The notes under the pieces: generated by a model
Database searches by the model: none
What the model was told of the DNA's origin: nothing
What the model saw: only the letters and a program-made list of their open reading frames with translations
Source: Candidatus Dormiibacterota bacterium
GTDB lineage: Bacteria; Chloroflexota; Dormibacteria; Aeolococcales; Aeolococcaceae
Length of the DNA stretch: 64,000 nucleotides
NCBI GenBank assembly: GCA_963709585.1
Contig: CAVPXI010000023.1
Coordinates: 1-64,000, forward strand
Reading direction: 5' to 3'
Shown here: piece by piece, positions 1 through 10,085 of the stretch
Layout: the number at the start of each line of letters is the position of its first letter
Numbering within the stretch: position 1 is the stretch's first letter
Made by a program: the position numbers and the translations under genes

Positions 1-225
1 AACGATTGTGGCGATGCAGAGCACGGGGACGAATCCGACGAGGATGGCGGCCGGTGACGCCAGTCCCACCGCCGCGACAAGGAATCCCACCGTGGCGGCG
101 AGGGTGTATGCAGGTGCGACGCTCGACGTTGCGATCACCGTGGTGTCGAACAGCGACAGCGTGTTGACCTTGAGTTCGGACTCGACAGGTTTCCCGTGAA
201 CGATCGGCTCCGCTAGCGTCGCCAT
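1..225 (-). CDS. APC-family amino acid/polyamine permease, N-terminus only (runs off window start)
   Basis: Manual translation MATLAEP...LSLFDTTVIATSSVAPAYTLAATVGFLV resembles APC TM1; GAGGAGG RBS upstream; follows aminotransferase and ALDH. Confidence 0.75.
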   Translation of the reverse strand, partial: MATLAEPIVHGKPVESELKVNTLSLFDTTVIATSSVAPAYTLAATVGFLVAAVGLASPAAILVGFVPVLCIATIV

Positions 226-267
226 GCTTTCCTCCTCACCGTGTCCTCCTGGATCGCGCCTGGATTG

Positions 268-1710
268 TCAGGCGTCGTTGTTGCTCATCACGTGCTTGAT
301 GCGCGTGTAATCCTCGAACCCGTACATCGAAAGATCCTTGCCGTATCCCGAATGCTTGAAGCCTCCATGGGGCATCTCCGACACCAGCGGGATGTGCGTG
401 TTGATCCAGACGCACCCGAAGTCCAGCGCACGGGCCATGCGCATGGCGCGTCCGTGGTCGTGAGTCCACACGCTGGCGGAGAGACCGTATTCGACGCCGT
501 TCGCCCATTCGAGGGCCTTGGCCTCGTCGTCGAAGCGCTGCACCGTGATCACCGGCCCGAAGATCTCGCGCTGAATGAGGTCGTCGTCCTGGCGGAGCCC
601 GGCGATGACTGTCGCCTCGTGGAAGTAGCCGCGGTCACCGACACGATGCCCTCCCGCAACCACCTCCGCATGCGAAGGTGCGCCTTCGACGAGCTCGCGA
701 ACCCGCTCGAGCTGCCTGGCGTTGTTGAGCGGTCCGAACGCCGCGTCGTCGTCGTCGGGGGCGCCGGTCTTGTTCACCACCGCCTGCTCGGCGAGCGCTG
801 CGACCAGCGAGTCGTGGATCGACGATCCTGCCAGCACACGCGTCGCCGCAGTGCAGTCCTGCCCGGCGTTGAAGTAGCCGGCCATCGCAACCGCCTCGGC
901 AGTGGATGCGACGTCCGAGTCGTCGAAGACGATCACCGGTGCCTTGCCACCGAGCTCGAGGTGGACGCGCTTGAGATCCCCCGCCGCCGCGCGTGCAACC
1001 TCCATCCCGGCGCGTACGCTGCCGGTGATCGACGCCATCGCTGGTATCCGGTGCGTCACCAGGGCCGCACCGGTCGTCGGATCGCCGCAGATGACGTTGA
1101 AGACGCCCGGAGGCAGATGCTCGGCCATGATCTCGGCCATGAGCAACGTGGTCACCGGCGTGGTGTCCGACGGCTTGAGCACCACTGTGTTGCCCGCGGC
1201 GATCGCCGGGGCCCACTTCCAAACCGCCATCAGCATCGGGTAGTTCCAGGGTGTGACCTGCGCGCAGACCCCGACCGGTTCGCGGCGGATCATCGAGGTG
1301 TGCCCGGCCATGTACTCGCCGGCACTCTGCCCCTCGAGAATCCTCGCGCACCCGGCGAAGAAGCGCACCGGGTCGATCAGCTGCGGGATCTCCTCGCTGC
1401 GGGTGAGCGAGATCGGCTTGCCGGTGTTCTCGACTTCGAGCGCGACGAATTCCTCGGCGCGTCGCTCGAAGGCGTCGGCGATGCGCAGGAGGGCGAGGCT
1501 CCGTTCCCTCGGTGTGGTGTCGCGCCAGCCACCAAACGCACGCTGCGCGGCGCGCAGCGCGACGTCGACGTCGACAGCGCTGGACACCGGCGCCCGGGCG
1601 AATTCCTCCCCGGTGGCGGGGTTGATCAGCGGCGTGGAAACGTCGGAGCCGGCCTCGCGATACTCACCGTCGACGAAGTTGCGCAGGGTGCGCACGGCGA
1701 CGGCGCTCAT
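268..1710 (-). CDS. Gamma-aminobutyraldehyde dehydrogenase (ALDH family)
   Basis: TPWNYP, LELGGKAP, GYFNAGQDCTA, EIFGPV, EMPHGGFKHSGYGKDLS motifs typical of PatD/YdcW. Confidence 0.9.
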   Translation of the reverse strand: MSAVAVRTLRNFVDGEYREAGSDVSTPLINPATGEEFARAPVSSAVDVDVALRAAQRAFGGWRDTTPRERSLALLRIADAFERRAEEFVALEVENTGKPISLTRSEEIPQLIDPVRFFAGCARILEGQSAGEYMAGHTSMIRREPVGVCAQVTPWNYPMLMAVWKWAPAIAAGNTVVLKPSDTTPVTTLLMAEIMAEHLPPGVFNVICGDPTTGAALVTHRIPAMASITGSVRAGMEVARAAAGDLKRVHLELGGKAPVIVFDDSDVASTAEAVAMAGYFNAGQDCTAATRVLAGSSIHDSLVAALAEQAVVNKTGAPDDDDAAFGPLNNARQLERVRELVEGAPSHAEVVAGGHRVGDRGYFHEATVIAGLRQDDDLIQREIFGPVITVQRFDDEAKALEWANGVEYGLSASVWTHDHGRAMRMARALDFGCVWINTHIPLVSEMPHGGFKHSGYGKDLSMYGFEDYTRIKHVMSNNDA

Positions 1711-3077
1711 GCCTTGAGATCCCGCGCCAGCTCGCTGAAGTTGGTGATGTAGCGCTTGACGTCCTCGGACGAGTGCTGCACCGACAGCGTCCAGTTCTCC
1801 TCGGCGCCGGGCGCCATCAGGACACCCCGATTGGTCTGATAGAGCCAGGACACGTACGCAAGCGATTTGTCCATCGCCGCGTAGTCACGGTAGTTGCGCA
1901 CCGGCTGCTCGCGGTAGGTCACGCACCCGCGCGCACCCATCGAGACCACGTGGAACGGCAGCTTGTACTCGGACATCACCTCGCGCAGGCCACCGCCCAG
2001 CTCCTCGGTGAGGGCGTCGAGGTGCGAATACGCCTGACCGGTGAGCACCTCGATGAGCGTCGCCCGCGACGCCGCCGTGGTGAGCGGATTGCCGTTGAAG
2101 GTGCCGAGCTGGGCGACCTTGCCGTCGCTGATCGTCGCCATGATGTCGGCACGACCGCCGACCGCGCCGCAGGGCAGGCCGCCGCCGATCGCCTTGGCGA
2201 GGCACACGATGTCGGGGACCACCCCGAACCGCTCGGTGGCGCCCCCGGGGGCGATGGTCACACCGGTCTTGACCTCGTCGAAGATGGCCACGGCGCCGTG
2301 CCGGTGAGCGATCTCGACGACGCCGGCAAGGTACCCGTCATCGGGAAGCACGAATCCGATGTTCATCATCGCCGGCTCGACGATCACCCCCGCGACCTCG
2401 CCGGGATGAGCGGCGAACGCGCGCTCGAGCGCGGCCAGGTCGTTGAATCCCACGACGGTGGTGAGCTCGACCGTCGATGCCGGGATGCCGCCGGTCATCG
2501 GCACGGAGTTCGGAAAATCGGCGTCGCCCATCGCGTCGACGGGGGGTTCGACCGACACGAGCAGCGCATCGTGGTGGCCGTGATAGGACGCCTCGATCTT
2601 GATGATCCGCTCGCGGTCGGTGAACCCGCGGGCGAGGCGGATGGCGTCAAGCGTCGACTCGGTGCCGCTGTTGGTGAAGCGCCACTGGGGCTGATGGAAG
2701 CGGCGCGCCAGCTCGCGCGCGACCACGATGTTGTCCGCGACCGGCTGCGCGAAGTGGGATCCCCGATGCATCTGCGATTCGACCGCCGCGACCACCGCCG
2801 GGTGCGCATGGCCGACGACCATGACCCCAAATCCGTTGTGAAAATCCACGTATTCGTTGCCGTCCACGTCCCAGACGCGGCTTCCCTTCCCGTGGTCGAT
2901 GAACACGGGTTGCGGCGGCGTGTCCTGGAACGAGCTGGGGACTCCGCGTGGGATGTACTCGAGCGCTTCCTTCCACAATTCGCGTGAACGTGTCCGCCGA
3001 GAACGGAACTCGGCTTCCTCGTGTGCGGTCAGCGTTGCGACACGATCCGTATCGACGTCACCCAAGCTCAAACCCAT
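1707..3077 (-). CDS. Class III PLP aminotransferase (GSA-aminomutase-like), probably polyamine/omega-amine transaminase
   Basis: WDVDGNEYVDF, NSGTE, YHG, FDEVKTG, AKAIGGG, GTFNGNP; overlaps ALDH start. Confidence 0.85.
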   Translation of the reverse strand: MGLSLGDVDTDRVATLTAHEEAEFRSRRTRSRELWKEALEYIPRGVPSSFQDTPPQPVFIDHGKGSRVWDVDGNEYVDFHNGFGVMVVGHAHPAVVAAVESQMHRGSHFAQPVADNIVVARELARRFHQPQWRFTNSGTESTLDAIRLARGFTDRERIIKIEASYHGHHDALLVSVEPPVDAMGDADFPNSVPMTGGIPASTVELTTVVGFNDLAALERAFAAHPGEVAGVIVEPAMMNIGFVLPDDGYLAGVVEIAHRHGAVAIFDEVKTGVTIAPGGATERFGVVPDIVCLAKAIGGGLPCGAVGGRADIMATISDGKVAQLGTFNGNPLTTAASRATLIEVLTGQAYSHLDALTEELGGGLREVMSEYKLPFHVVSMGARGCVTYREQPVRNYRDYAAMDKSLAYVSWLYQTNRGVLMAPGAEENWTLSVQHSSEDVKRYITNFSELARDLKA

Positions 3078-3114
3078 CAACCAGGTCCCTCAAGCAGCGC
3101 TGCCGATGCATGAA

Positions 3115-3137
3115 ATTCTACTGAACGCCTGTAGAAT
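3115..3137. promoter_or_regulatory. Candidate operator ATTCTAC-N9-GTAGAAT upstream of the aminotransferase operon
   Basis: Perfect 7-bp AT-rich inverted repeat in the intergenic region. Confidence 0.45.
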
Positions 3138-3180
3138 CCGGCTACGTTAGACGCAAAGCAGGGCGACCGTCAAGCAACCG

Positions 3181-3495
3181 TCAGCGCCAGTCCACCTGAC
3201 TGACTTCACCGTCCGCGATGTCGACTGTGCGTGTCGCGCACGGGCCCGACCCCCAGAGGGTCCAGGTGCCGGTGTCGAGGGAGGGGAAGAGCGCGATCGG
3301 GAGGTCGTGCCCGCCCATCGGACGTGCGTGCACCCCGGTGTGGGTGCGGGCGTCCGGCCGTTCAGCGGGGCTGACCTCGATCTCGGTGTGGAGGAGCGCT
3401 GCCGGCACGATCACCAGCAGCGCTCCGATGCCCCCGCCGATGTCGAGGACCGCCGGCCCGAATGGAGCGGAACCGGCGGACTCGATGTCGGTCAA
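3181..3495 (-). CDS. Small hypothetical protein coupled to the DUF4331 gene
   Basis: ATGA overlap with upstream gene; VLDIGGGIGALLV and HTGVH segments. Confidence 0.65.
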   Translation of the reverse strand: MTDIESAGSAPFGPAVLDIGGGIGALLVIVPAALLHTEIEVSPAERPDARTHTGVHARPMGGHDLPIALFPSLDTGTWTLWGSGPCATRTVDIADGEVSQVDWR

Positions 3496-4868
3496 GGGGT
3501 GTCGAATCCGTTGAGCGGCGTGCCCAGGTAGGGGAAGTGGTTGATGTACCGGCCGTTGCCGGGCACCGCACCGCTGCTGAACTGGGCGGCGGAGAAGTCG
3601 CTGACCGCGCCCGCGGCGCCGTCCGGCGTGTAGCTGTGGTCGACCAGCGGAATCGTGAGGCCGGCGATGGCGCGGATCTCGATGGTTGCGACGTCGTCGA
3701 AGACCCGGCGGCCGTTCGGGAACCCGGCGAGATCCCCACCCAGGATGCCGTTGATATTCGGAGACGATGCCGGTGGAATCGCCATATTCAGGCGCAGGAG
3801 GTCGGCCGGCGTCGATCCGGTCAAGTTCTGAAAGCCCGTGACGATGCCCGTCGGGATGCCCGTCAGAAGGATCGCCTCGAGGTCGACGCGCGCGGGCTTG
3901 TAGGCGGCGAGGTGCGGGAAGACGCCGGGGTAGAGCACCGGCAGCAGTCCGGCGAGCTCAGGGTGGGCATAGTTGGCCACGAACTGGGCATCGTTGCTCG
4001 GCTTGGTCGAGTTCCAGAAATCCTTCTTCCCGATCGGGATCACCACTTCGTTGATCAGCGGCATGCCCAGGCGCGAGACCTGGACCCATGGTCCGATGTC
4101 GGTGGCGACGCCGCCGCCGTCGAGCACCGTCGATTTGCGCCGGCTCGCGGTCGTATACACACCGATGACCGAGTCAGCGCTGGCCGGGTCGGTGGGCATC
4201 TCGCCGTTCCTTGTGAGGCTGGTCTTGGGAATCTGGATCGCGATGGTGTGCACGTTGAGCTGCTTCGTCGAATCGACGCCGCCGACCGGCGGAAGCGGGA
4301 TCAGATGCAGGTTCTGGAACGGCCGCAGCGCGCCCAGATCGAAGATCGATCCCAGGTCGACGTAGAAGCCCTCGCGGCGTTGACCCGCGAATACCCAGCC
4401 ACCGTCGAGCGCGTGCACCGCGGCACTGGCGAGGTTGCCGTAGTTGGGCGTCGAGCGCACGCCGACGTTCACCGGCGGGCAGGCGAGCCTGTGGGCGAGC
4501 ACCTCGGCGACGCCGTGCTTGATCCGGGTCACCGAGTAGAACTGGCGGACGTTCCAGCTCGAGCTGTTCAGGTTGGTGATCGGGCCGGTGTTGTACAGGA
4601 ACGTGTTCGGGTCGGTGTATTCGGTGGTGAACTTGAACTGATACGTGATCGCGTCGGCGACGCTCCCGCCGTTGGTGATGACGATCTCGTAGAGGACGTC
4701 GTCACCGAAGTTGTAGAAGTTCGGGCCGCCGTCGGGCCCCTCGAGTGGGATGTAGTTGGCGATCAGCGTCACCGTCTCAGGGTGATCCGGGCTGGTGAAC
4801 GCGTAAAGGTCAGTGCTGTCTGCAACCGGGTCTTTCGAAATGCCCGGCGCTTCACGATGCGAAGACAT
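3492..4868 (-). CDS. DUF4331 domain protein
   Basis: N-terminal SSHREAP, DLYAF, QVSRLGMPLINEV, GFPNGRR, FPYL motifs. Confidence 0.9.
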   Translation of the reverse strand: MSSHREAPGISKDPVADSTDLYAFTSPDHPETVTLIANYIPLEGPDGGPNFYNFGDDVLYEIVITNGGSVADAITYQFKFTTEYTDPNTFLYNTGPITNLNSSSWNVRQFYSVTRIKHGVAEVLAHRLACPPVNVGVRSTPNYGNLASAAVHALDGGWVFAGQRREGFYVDLGSIFDLGALRPFQNLHLIPLPPVGGVDSTKQLNVHTIAIQIPKTSLTRNGEMPTDPASADSVIGVYTTASRRKSTVLDGGGVATDIGPWVQVSRLGMPLINEVVIPIGKKDFWNSTKPSNDAQFVANYAHPELAGLLPVLYPGVFPHLAAYKPARVDLEAILLTGIPTGIVTGFQNLTGSTPADLLRLNMAIPPASSPNINGILGGDLAGFPNGRRVFDDVATIEIRAIAGLTIPLVDHSYTPDGAAGAVSDFSAAQFSSGAVPGNGRYINHFPYLGTPLNGFDTP

Positions 4869-4908
4869 GTGTACCCCTCGTGAGGTTGTGGATGGTATGG
4901 GCGGCGCG

Positions 4909-5178
4909 TCAGCGCGTTGCGCGCTGCAGACGCCGGATGAGCTGCGGGTCCTTGGTGACGACCTCGCGATGGCCGACCATCACCGAGATCTCGCCGGTCG
5001 CCGCATCGCGAACGTACGCGGTCATCGGTTCGCTCGACACTGGACCGTCACTCGCCTCGGCGACGTTCTGAGCCGCCTCCACGAGCGTGCTCGGCCCGGC
5101 GATCAGCCCCATAGCCGCCACTCCGCCCGCTGCCCCCACGGTCGTGGACAGAAACGTCCGCCGTGTCACCTTGGCCAT
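4909..5178 (-). CDS. Small protein with twin-arginine (Tat) signal
   Basis: MAKVTRRTFL followed by hydrophobic stretch; GAGG RBS. Confidence 0.7.
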   Translation of the reverse strand: MAKVTRRTFLSTTVGAAGGVAAMGLIAGPSTLVEAAQNVAEASDGPVSSEPMTAYVRDAATGEISVMVGHREVVTKDPQLIRRLQRATR

Positions 5179-5323
5179 CTGTACACCTCGCTGGGGCGGC
5201 CGTTGGCGATCCGGTTGGCCGTCTTGTCTCCGCCCTGTCACCGCTTGGTACGGCGTGCTCAGGGCACCGGATCAGTGCCCACGCATCGCGCCCAGCGATG
5301 GCGAGTCAGCGCAGCGGCGAGCC

Positions 5324-6001
5324 TCAGTCCCAGGCGGCGGGGACGAGCACTTCGACGCTGTCCAGGTTGACGCGCGTCTCGATGGCCGGAAGGGGATTCA
5401 GCCGGTAGTCGCCCGGGTTCGCTGCCCCGGTGAGGTTGAAGCTCATCGGATGGCAGGGGCAGAAGAGCTTTGCCTGCGCCTCCTCGGGCACGAGCGTGCA
5501 TCCCTGGTGCGTGCACACGGCGTTGAGCGCGCGGATCTCGCCGTCGAGCCTGAACACGACCCCCTGCAGGCCGCCGACGGAGAACTGCTTGATCTTCCCG
5601 GGCGTCACCTCTGTCAGTTTCGCGACCGCGACCCAGGTGCTCTTGTATGGCTGGATGGTGCCGGTGCCGCTCGCCGGCTCGGTGAGCACCTCACGAAGGC
5701 GCTCGACACCGAGGCCGGCCGCCACCGATGCCGCGACCGTGGCGAGGCCGCCCGCGAGGAAATGGCGGCGGCGGATCCCCGCCTCCGTCCATCCAGGCTC
5801 GTGATCCGATGCCTCGCGCAACTGCCGCGCGAGATTGTCGACAAATGCCGGCGACGGGGTCGAGCCGCCGGGGTGCGCTGCGCGAAGGCGCGTGGCGACC
5901 TGCATCGCCGCGGAGTCATCGCCGGCCGGGGACTGCGGCGGCCGCCGGTTGGCGATGAGCGCCCGCACGAAGCGCGCAAGACGTCGATCAGCTTTCGACA
6001 T
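5324..6001 (-). CDS. Rieske [2Fe-2S] protein with N-terminal anti-sigma-like region and Tat-like/TM segment
   Basis: CTHQGC and CPCH ligands; RRRHFL + hydrophobic helix; PSPAFVDNLARQL region; overlaps sigma gene end. Confidence 0.8.
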   Translation of the reverse strand: MSKADRRLARFVRALIANRRPPQSPAGDDSAAMQVATRLRAAHPGGSTPSPAFVDNLARQLREASDHEPGWTEAGIRRRHFLAGGLATVAASVAAGLGVERLREVLTEPASGTGTIQPYKSTWVAVAKLTEVTPGKIKQFSVGGLQGVVFRLDGEIRALNAVCTHQGCTLVPEEAQAKLFCPCHPMSFNLTGAANPGDYRLNPLPAIETRVNLDSVEVLVPAAWD

Positions 6002-6518
6002 ATGCAGCTCCTGTGGCCGCGGCGCGACGCAGCGCGCGCAGCTGCAGCACCTTGCAGTTGGCCACGCTCACGCCCATGGCTGCGGCGGTCTCACGAATCG
6101 AGTATCCGCGCAGGAACCTGAACTCGAGCACGCTCCGATAGTTGTCCGGCAGCCCGTCGAGGATCGGGCTGACGTCGACGTCGTGCTCGCGCTCGACGGG
6201 TGGGGCGGCATCGCGTTGATCATCGAACTCCATGAGAACCGTACCGTGGCGTTGGCGCCAGACATCGGCGAGCACGCTCCGGGCGGTGGTCCGCAGGTAG
6301 GCTCGAATCTCCGCGGCCGATACGTCGGCGCGAAGCCGCGGCAGGGCGCGAAGGAATGTGGTCGAGGTGACGTCCTCGGCATCCGGGGTGTTGCCGGTTC
6401 TCGAGTAGACATAGCGGTAGAGGGGAGCGACATGCTCCTGGTAGACGGACTCCCAGTCGTTGACACGATCGGGAGCGCCAACCACGCGAAGCGGGGGCGG
6501 CGATTCGGGCACGGCCAC
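5988..6518 (-). CDS. ECF RNA polymerase sigma factor
   Basis: DAEDVTSTTFLRA (region 2), LPDNYRSVLEFRFLRGYSIRETAAAMG (region 4). Confidence 0.9.
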   Translation of the reverse strand: MAVPESPPPLRVVGAPDRVNDWESVYQEHVAPLYRYVYSRTGNTPDAEDVTSTTFLRALPRLRADVSAAEIRAYLRTTARSVLADVWRQRHGTVLMEFDDQRDAAPPVEREHDVDVSPILDGLPDNYRSVLEFRFLRGYSIRETAAAMGVSVANCKVLQLRALRRAAATGAAYVES

Positions 6519-6587
6519 GTTCGATCATGTTCTACGCACCGGAGTTACGCAATCGCCGGTTAGGGGCATGATTGGGGGAGAGGGTTT

Positions 6588-7643
6588 TTGGCCATGAGTT
6601 TCGACGCTTCCCACGACCGCCTCATCGGGACCGTCTCGCTGATCCTGGATCGGATGGTGCACGTCCGCCTGACCGCGGTCGGGCTCAGCCGCCCCGAGGT
6701 GATCGACCGCACCCCGGCGGATCCAGTCGAGTTCTGGAATCGAAGCCACGTGCACGATCCAAGGTCGATCCGGGTCAACCGCGAGTGGGAATCACTCGGC
6801 GGCCCGAGATGGCGCGAGATGGAGCTCGAAGGCGACAGCGAAGGGCCCGGGGGGCACTGGGGCAGTCGCCGCCTGGTCGCGACCGCCCACGTCCGGCGGG
6901 CGCCTGGACCCGCGCCGTTCGTCCTGCTCCTGCACGGCTATGCGGTGCCCCAGACGAGCTATGACCGGTGGCTCGCCAAGCAGATGCGCCTGCGCGGGGC
7001 ACACACTGCGCGGCTCGACCTGCCCTTGCACCTCAGGCGAACGCTCCCCGGACAGCGCAGCGGTGACGGGTACTTCAGCCTCGATCCCGCGCACATCCGC
7101 GCCGTGGTCCGTCAAACGGTCGAGGATGCCGCCGCCGTGATCGCCTGGGCGCGCGCCGAGGTGAGCCCGATCGTGAGCGTGGTTGGCGTCAGCCTCGGGG
7201 GGTTGATCGCGACCCTGCTGGCTGCTGAGCTGGAGCTCGACCGGATGATTGCCGTCGCGCCGTTCTGCGACCCGGCCACGACCCTCTCGCAGCGACCGCC
7301 GACCCCGTCACTGCGCCACCTCGGCATGATCGGCGAGTACAGCGGATCCTGGGGTCCGGACCGGGTGAGCGCGGGGCGGTTTCTCCAGTCGACCCTGGCT
7401 CCGCTCGTGGCCCGGAACCTGACGCCGCGGACGCCCGGCGATCGGATCACGTTGGTCCGGGCAATGCAGGACCTGGTCGTCGGACCGGATCCGGTCACCG
7501 AGCTCGCCACCGCGTGGGAGACGGATCTCTGGACCTATCCGCATGGTCACATGACCGTGATGAGCGCCGGCGGGATCGCGCGCCGGATCGCCGAACGCGC
7601 AACCACGACGCACGACGAGCCAGGCCTGTCCGTCGCGGTATGA
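6588..7643 (+). CDS. Alpha/beta hydrolase
   Basis: LLHGY, GVSLGG nucleophile elbow, QDLVV, HGH. Confidence 0.8.
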   Translation: MAMSFDASHDRLIGTVSLILDRMVHVRLTAVGLSRPEVIDRTPADPVEFWNRSHVHDPRSIRVNREWESLGGPRWREMELEGDSEGPGGHWGSRRLVATAHVRRAPGPAPFVLLLHGYAVPQTSYDRWLAKQMRLRGAHTARLDLPLHLRRTLPGQRSGDGYFSLDPAHIRAVVRQTVEDAAAVIAWARAEVSPIVSVVGVSLGGLIATLLAAELELDRMIAVAPFCDPATTLSQRPPTPSLRHLGMIGEYSGSWGPDRVSAGRFLQSTLAPLVARNLTPRTPGDRITLVRAMQDLVVGPDPVTELATAWETDLWTYPHGHMTVMSAGGIARRIAERATTTHDEPGLSVAV

Positions 7644-8197
7644 CGACGACCCGCCCGGTGCTTCGCCGCGAGGGGCTCACCCGGAGCGGGCGTCCCTACG
7701 TCATCCGGCCGTCGGAGGACGCGGACGCACCCGGGCTCGCCGGTCTCATCAACGCTGTGGCGGCGGAGGGCGAGCTCATCGCCGCGGTGCCCGGTGAACC
7801 CGACACCATCGAGCAGAGCGCCCGGCTCGTGTCCATCGTGCTCGACGGCGGGCTCACGCTGACCCTCGAGGTCGACGGCGCTCCGGCCGGAAATGTGATG
7901 GTGCAGCGGCGCGCCGGGAGCCACTACGCGCACGTCGGGGAAATAGCCATCCTTGTCAGCAACGCGCAGCGCGGGGCCGGGCTCGGGCGCGCCCTCATGG
8001 AGATGGCGATTGCCTGGGCACGCGCGGTCGGGCTCGCCAAGCTCAGCCTGCGCGTGTTTCCGGATAACCAGCGGGCGATCGCCCTCTACCATTCGCTTGG
8101 GTTCGAGGACGAAGGCCTGGTCAGAGGTGAGGTGCGCATGCCCAGCGGTGATCGGGACATGCTGCTCATGGGCCTTGCTCTCGAGCCCCGGGGATGA
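7640..8197 (+). CDS. GNAT N-acetyltransferase
   Basis: QRGAGLG acetyl-CoA motif, NQRAIALYHSLGF. Confidence 0.85.
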   Translation: MTTTRPVLRREGLTRSGRPYVIRPSEDADAPGLAGLINAVAAEGELIAAVPGEPDTIEQSARLVSIVLDGGLTLTLEVDGAPAGNVMVQRRAGSHYAHVGEIAILVSNAQRGAGLGRALMEMAIAWARAVGLAKLSLRVFPDNQRAIALYHSLGFEDEGLVRGEVRMPSGDRDMLLMGLALEPRG

Positions 8198-8225
8198 CGC
8201 GCACCCCTGGTATCCTGCGGGACGA

Positions 8226-9083
8226 ATGAGCGACTCGCGCCCCATCGGCGTGTTCGACTCCGGTGTCGGCGGCCTGACCGTGCTCCGCGAGATACGACGT
8301 CAGCAGCCGGCGGAAGGGCTCATCTATGTCGCCGACCTCGAGCATTTCCCGTATGGCCCGCGCTCACAGGCACAGGTGCGCGACCTCGCCCTGGACATCA
8401 TCGCCATGCTGGTGGGTATGGACACCAAGCTCGTGGTCATCGCCTGCAACACTGCAACCGCGGCGGCGCTCCACGTCGCTCGCGAGCGCTTCGACATCCC
8501 CGTGGTCGGCGTGATCGCACCGGGAGCCCAGGCGGCGGCCGCGACGACGCGCAACGGCCGGGTCGCGGTGCTCAGCACTGAAGGGACCCGCGCCAGCGGC
8601 GAGTACATCCACGCCATCAAGGAGGCCAATCCGGGGATCGTCGTGCTCAGCGAGGTCGCTGCCGACCTCGTGGAGATCGTCGAGGACGGTGACGCTGACA
8701 CTCCGCGGGCAGACGCAGCGCTTCAGCCCGTGCTCGGGCGCATCTTCGACTGGCACGCCGACACGCTCGTTCTGGGCTGCACCCACTATCCGCTGCTCCG
8801 CCCCGCGTTGCGGCGTCTGATCGGGACGCGACGGCTGCGGGTCGTCGACAGCGCGGACACCACCGCCGCGCGTGTGGCCCGGATCGTCGCGGTCAACCGG
8901 ATCGGGGCCGGCGAGATGGCCGCGCCAGGCCCGCGGACCCTGGCGATGCGGACCGAGCTGCTGGTCACCGCAGCCCCGGCGCGGTTCCGAGCGAGCGCCG
9001 CTCGCCTCTTCGACGAGCCACTTCCCGAGCCACGCCTGGCACGGCCGGGAGCACACGCGATTCGACTGGCGGCGGGGTCGTGA
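8226..9083 (+). CDS. murI: Glutamate racemase
   Basis: PIGVFDSGVGGLTV, ACNTAT, LGCTHYP. Confidence 0.95.
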   Translation: MSDSRPIGVFDSGVGGLTVLREIRRQQPAEGLIYVADLEHFPYGPRSQAQVRDLALDIIAMLVGMDTKLVVIACNTATAAALHVARERFDIPVVGVIAPGAQAAAATTRNGRVAVLSTEGTRASGEYIHAIKEANPGIVVLSEVAADLVEIVEDGDADTPRADAALQPVLGRIFDWHADTLVLGCTHYPLLRPALRRLIGTRRLRVVDSADTTAARVARIVAVNRIGAGEMAAPGPRTLAMRTELLVTAAPARFRASAARLFDEPLPEPRLARPGAHAIRLAAGS

Positions 9084-10054
9084 GCATCGCCGCCGAGGAG
9101 CTCCTGGAACCGATCGCCACGGAGCTGATCGAATTCGAGCGGCGTCTCGACGCCGAGATCGCCTCCGACCTCGGGCCGATGGCGAGCGCGATGTCGCACA
9201 TCGTCAAAGCGGGCGGGAAGCGCCTCCGACCTGCGCTCGTCATCCTCGCTGCGCGCCTCGGCAACGCCAACTCCAACAACGTCTTCAACCTGGCGATGGG
9301 CATCGAGTTCATCCACACCGCGACGCTCGTCCACGACGACCTCATCGACAAGGCGCCCACCCGGCGCGGGATCCGCACCATTCACGAGGCACTCGGACCG
9401 GACCCGGCGGTGATCATCGGTGACTACTACTTCGCCAAGGGCGCCTACCTGCTCGCAGAGATCGGCATGCCGGCGATCAACTCCGCGATCAGCCACGCGG
9501 TCATGACCATCTGCATGGGGGAGTTGCTGCAGATGAGCAGCCGCAACGAGTACGACCAGTCGCTCGCCGACTACCACCGCAAGATCGGTCGCAAGACGGC
9601 GACCCTGGTGAGCACGAGCTGCTATGGGGGCGGCTTGATCGCGGGGTTGGGGGGCGACTCCGTGGAGAGCCTGCGCCGCTACGGCCACAGCCTTGGCATG
9701 GCGTTTCAGATCGCCGACGATGTGCTCGACTACGTCGCCACCACCGCCGAGGTGGGCAAGCCGGTGGGCGCCGACCTCCGTCAGGGAACCGTGACCCTTC
9801 CCCTGATGCTGGCGCTCAACGATCGCGAGGTCGGCGCCCGTCTCCGCCAAATTCTCGCCAAGAATGACCTCAACGAGGACGACTTCAATACCGTGGTCGG
9901 CCTGGTTCGCGGCTCGAACGCGATCGCGGAGGCCGAGCGCAGCGCTCAGGAATTCGCGCGTGAAGCGGCCACGGAGTTGAAGGAGTTTCCGCCGTCGAGC
10001 GCGCGCGACACCCTCGAGCGCGTCTGCGATTACGTCGTCGAGCGCAGGATCTGA
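9080..10054 (+). CDS. Polyprenyl diphosphate synthase
   Basis: GGKRLRP, LVHDDLID, FQIADDVLD. Confidence 0.92.
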   Translation: MSIAAEELLEPIATELIEFERRLDAEIASDLGPMASAMSHIVKAGGKRLRPALVILAARLGNANSNNVFNLAMGIEFIHTATLVHDDLIDKAPTRRGIRTIHEALGPDPAVIIGDYYFAKGAYLLAEIGMPAINSAISHAVMTICMGELLQMSSRNEYDQSLADYHRKIGRKTATLVSTSCYGGGLIAGLGGDSVESLRRYGHSLGMAFQIADDVLDYVATTAEVGKPVGADLRQGTVTLPLMLALNDREVGARLRQILAKNDLNEDDFNTVVGLVRGSNAIAEAERSAQEFAREAATELKEFPPSSARDTLERVCDYVVERRI

Positions 10055-10085
10055 CCTGCGCGGCATCGCTGAGCGATTGGGCGGA

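Noticed and set aside
241-4883. Long + strand ORFs (241..1752, 1773..2987, 3462..4883) and similar shadow ORFs elsewhere
   Set aside because: Antisense or alternate-frame shadows of real genes in high-GC DNA, with no motifs
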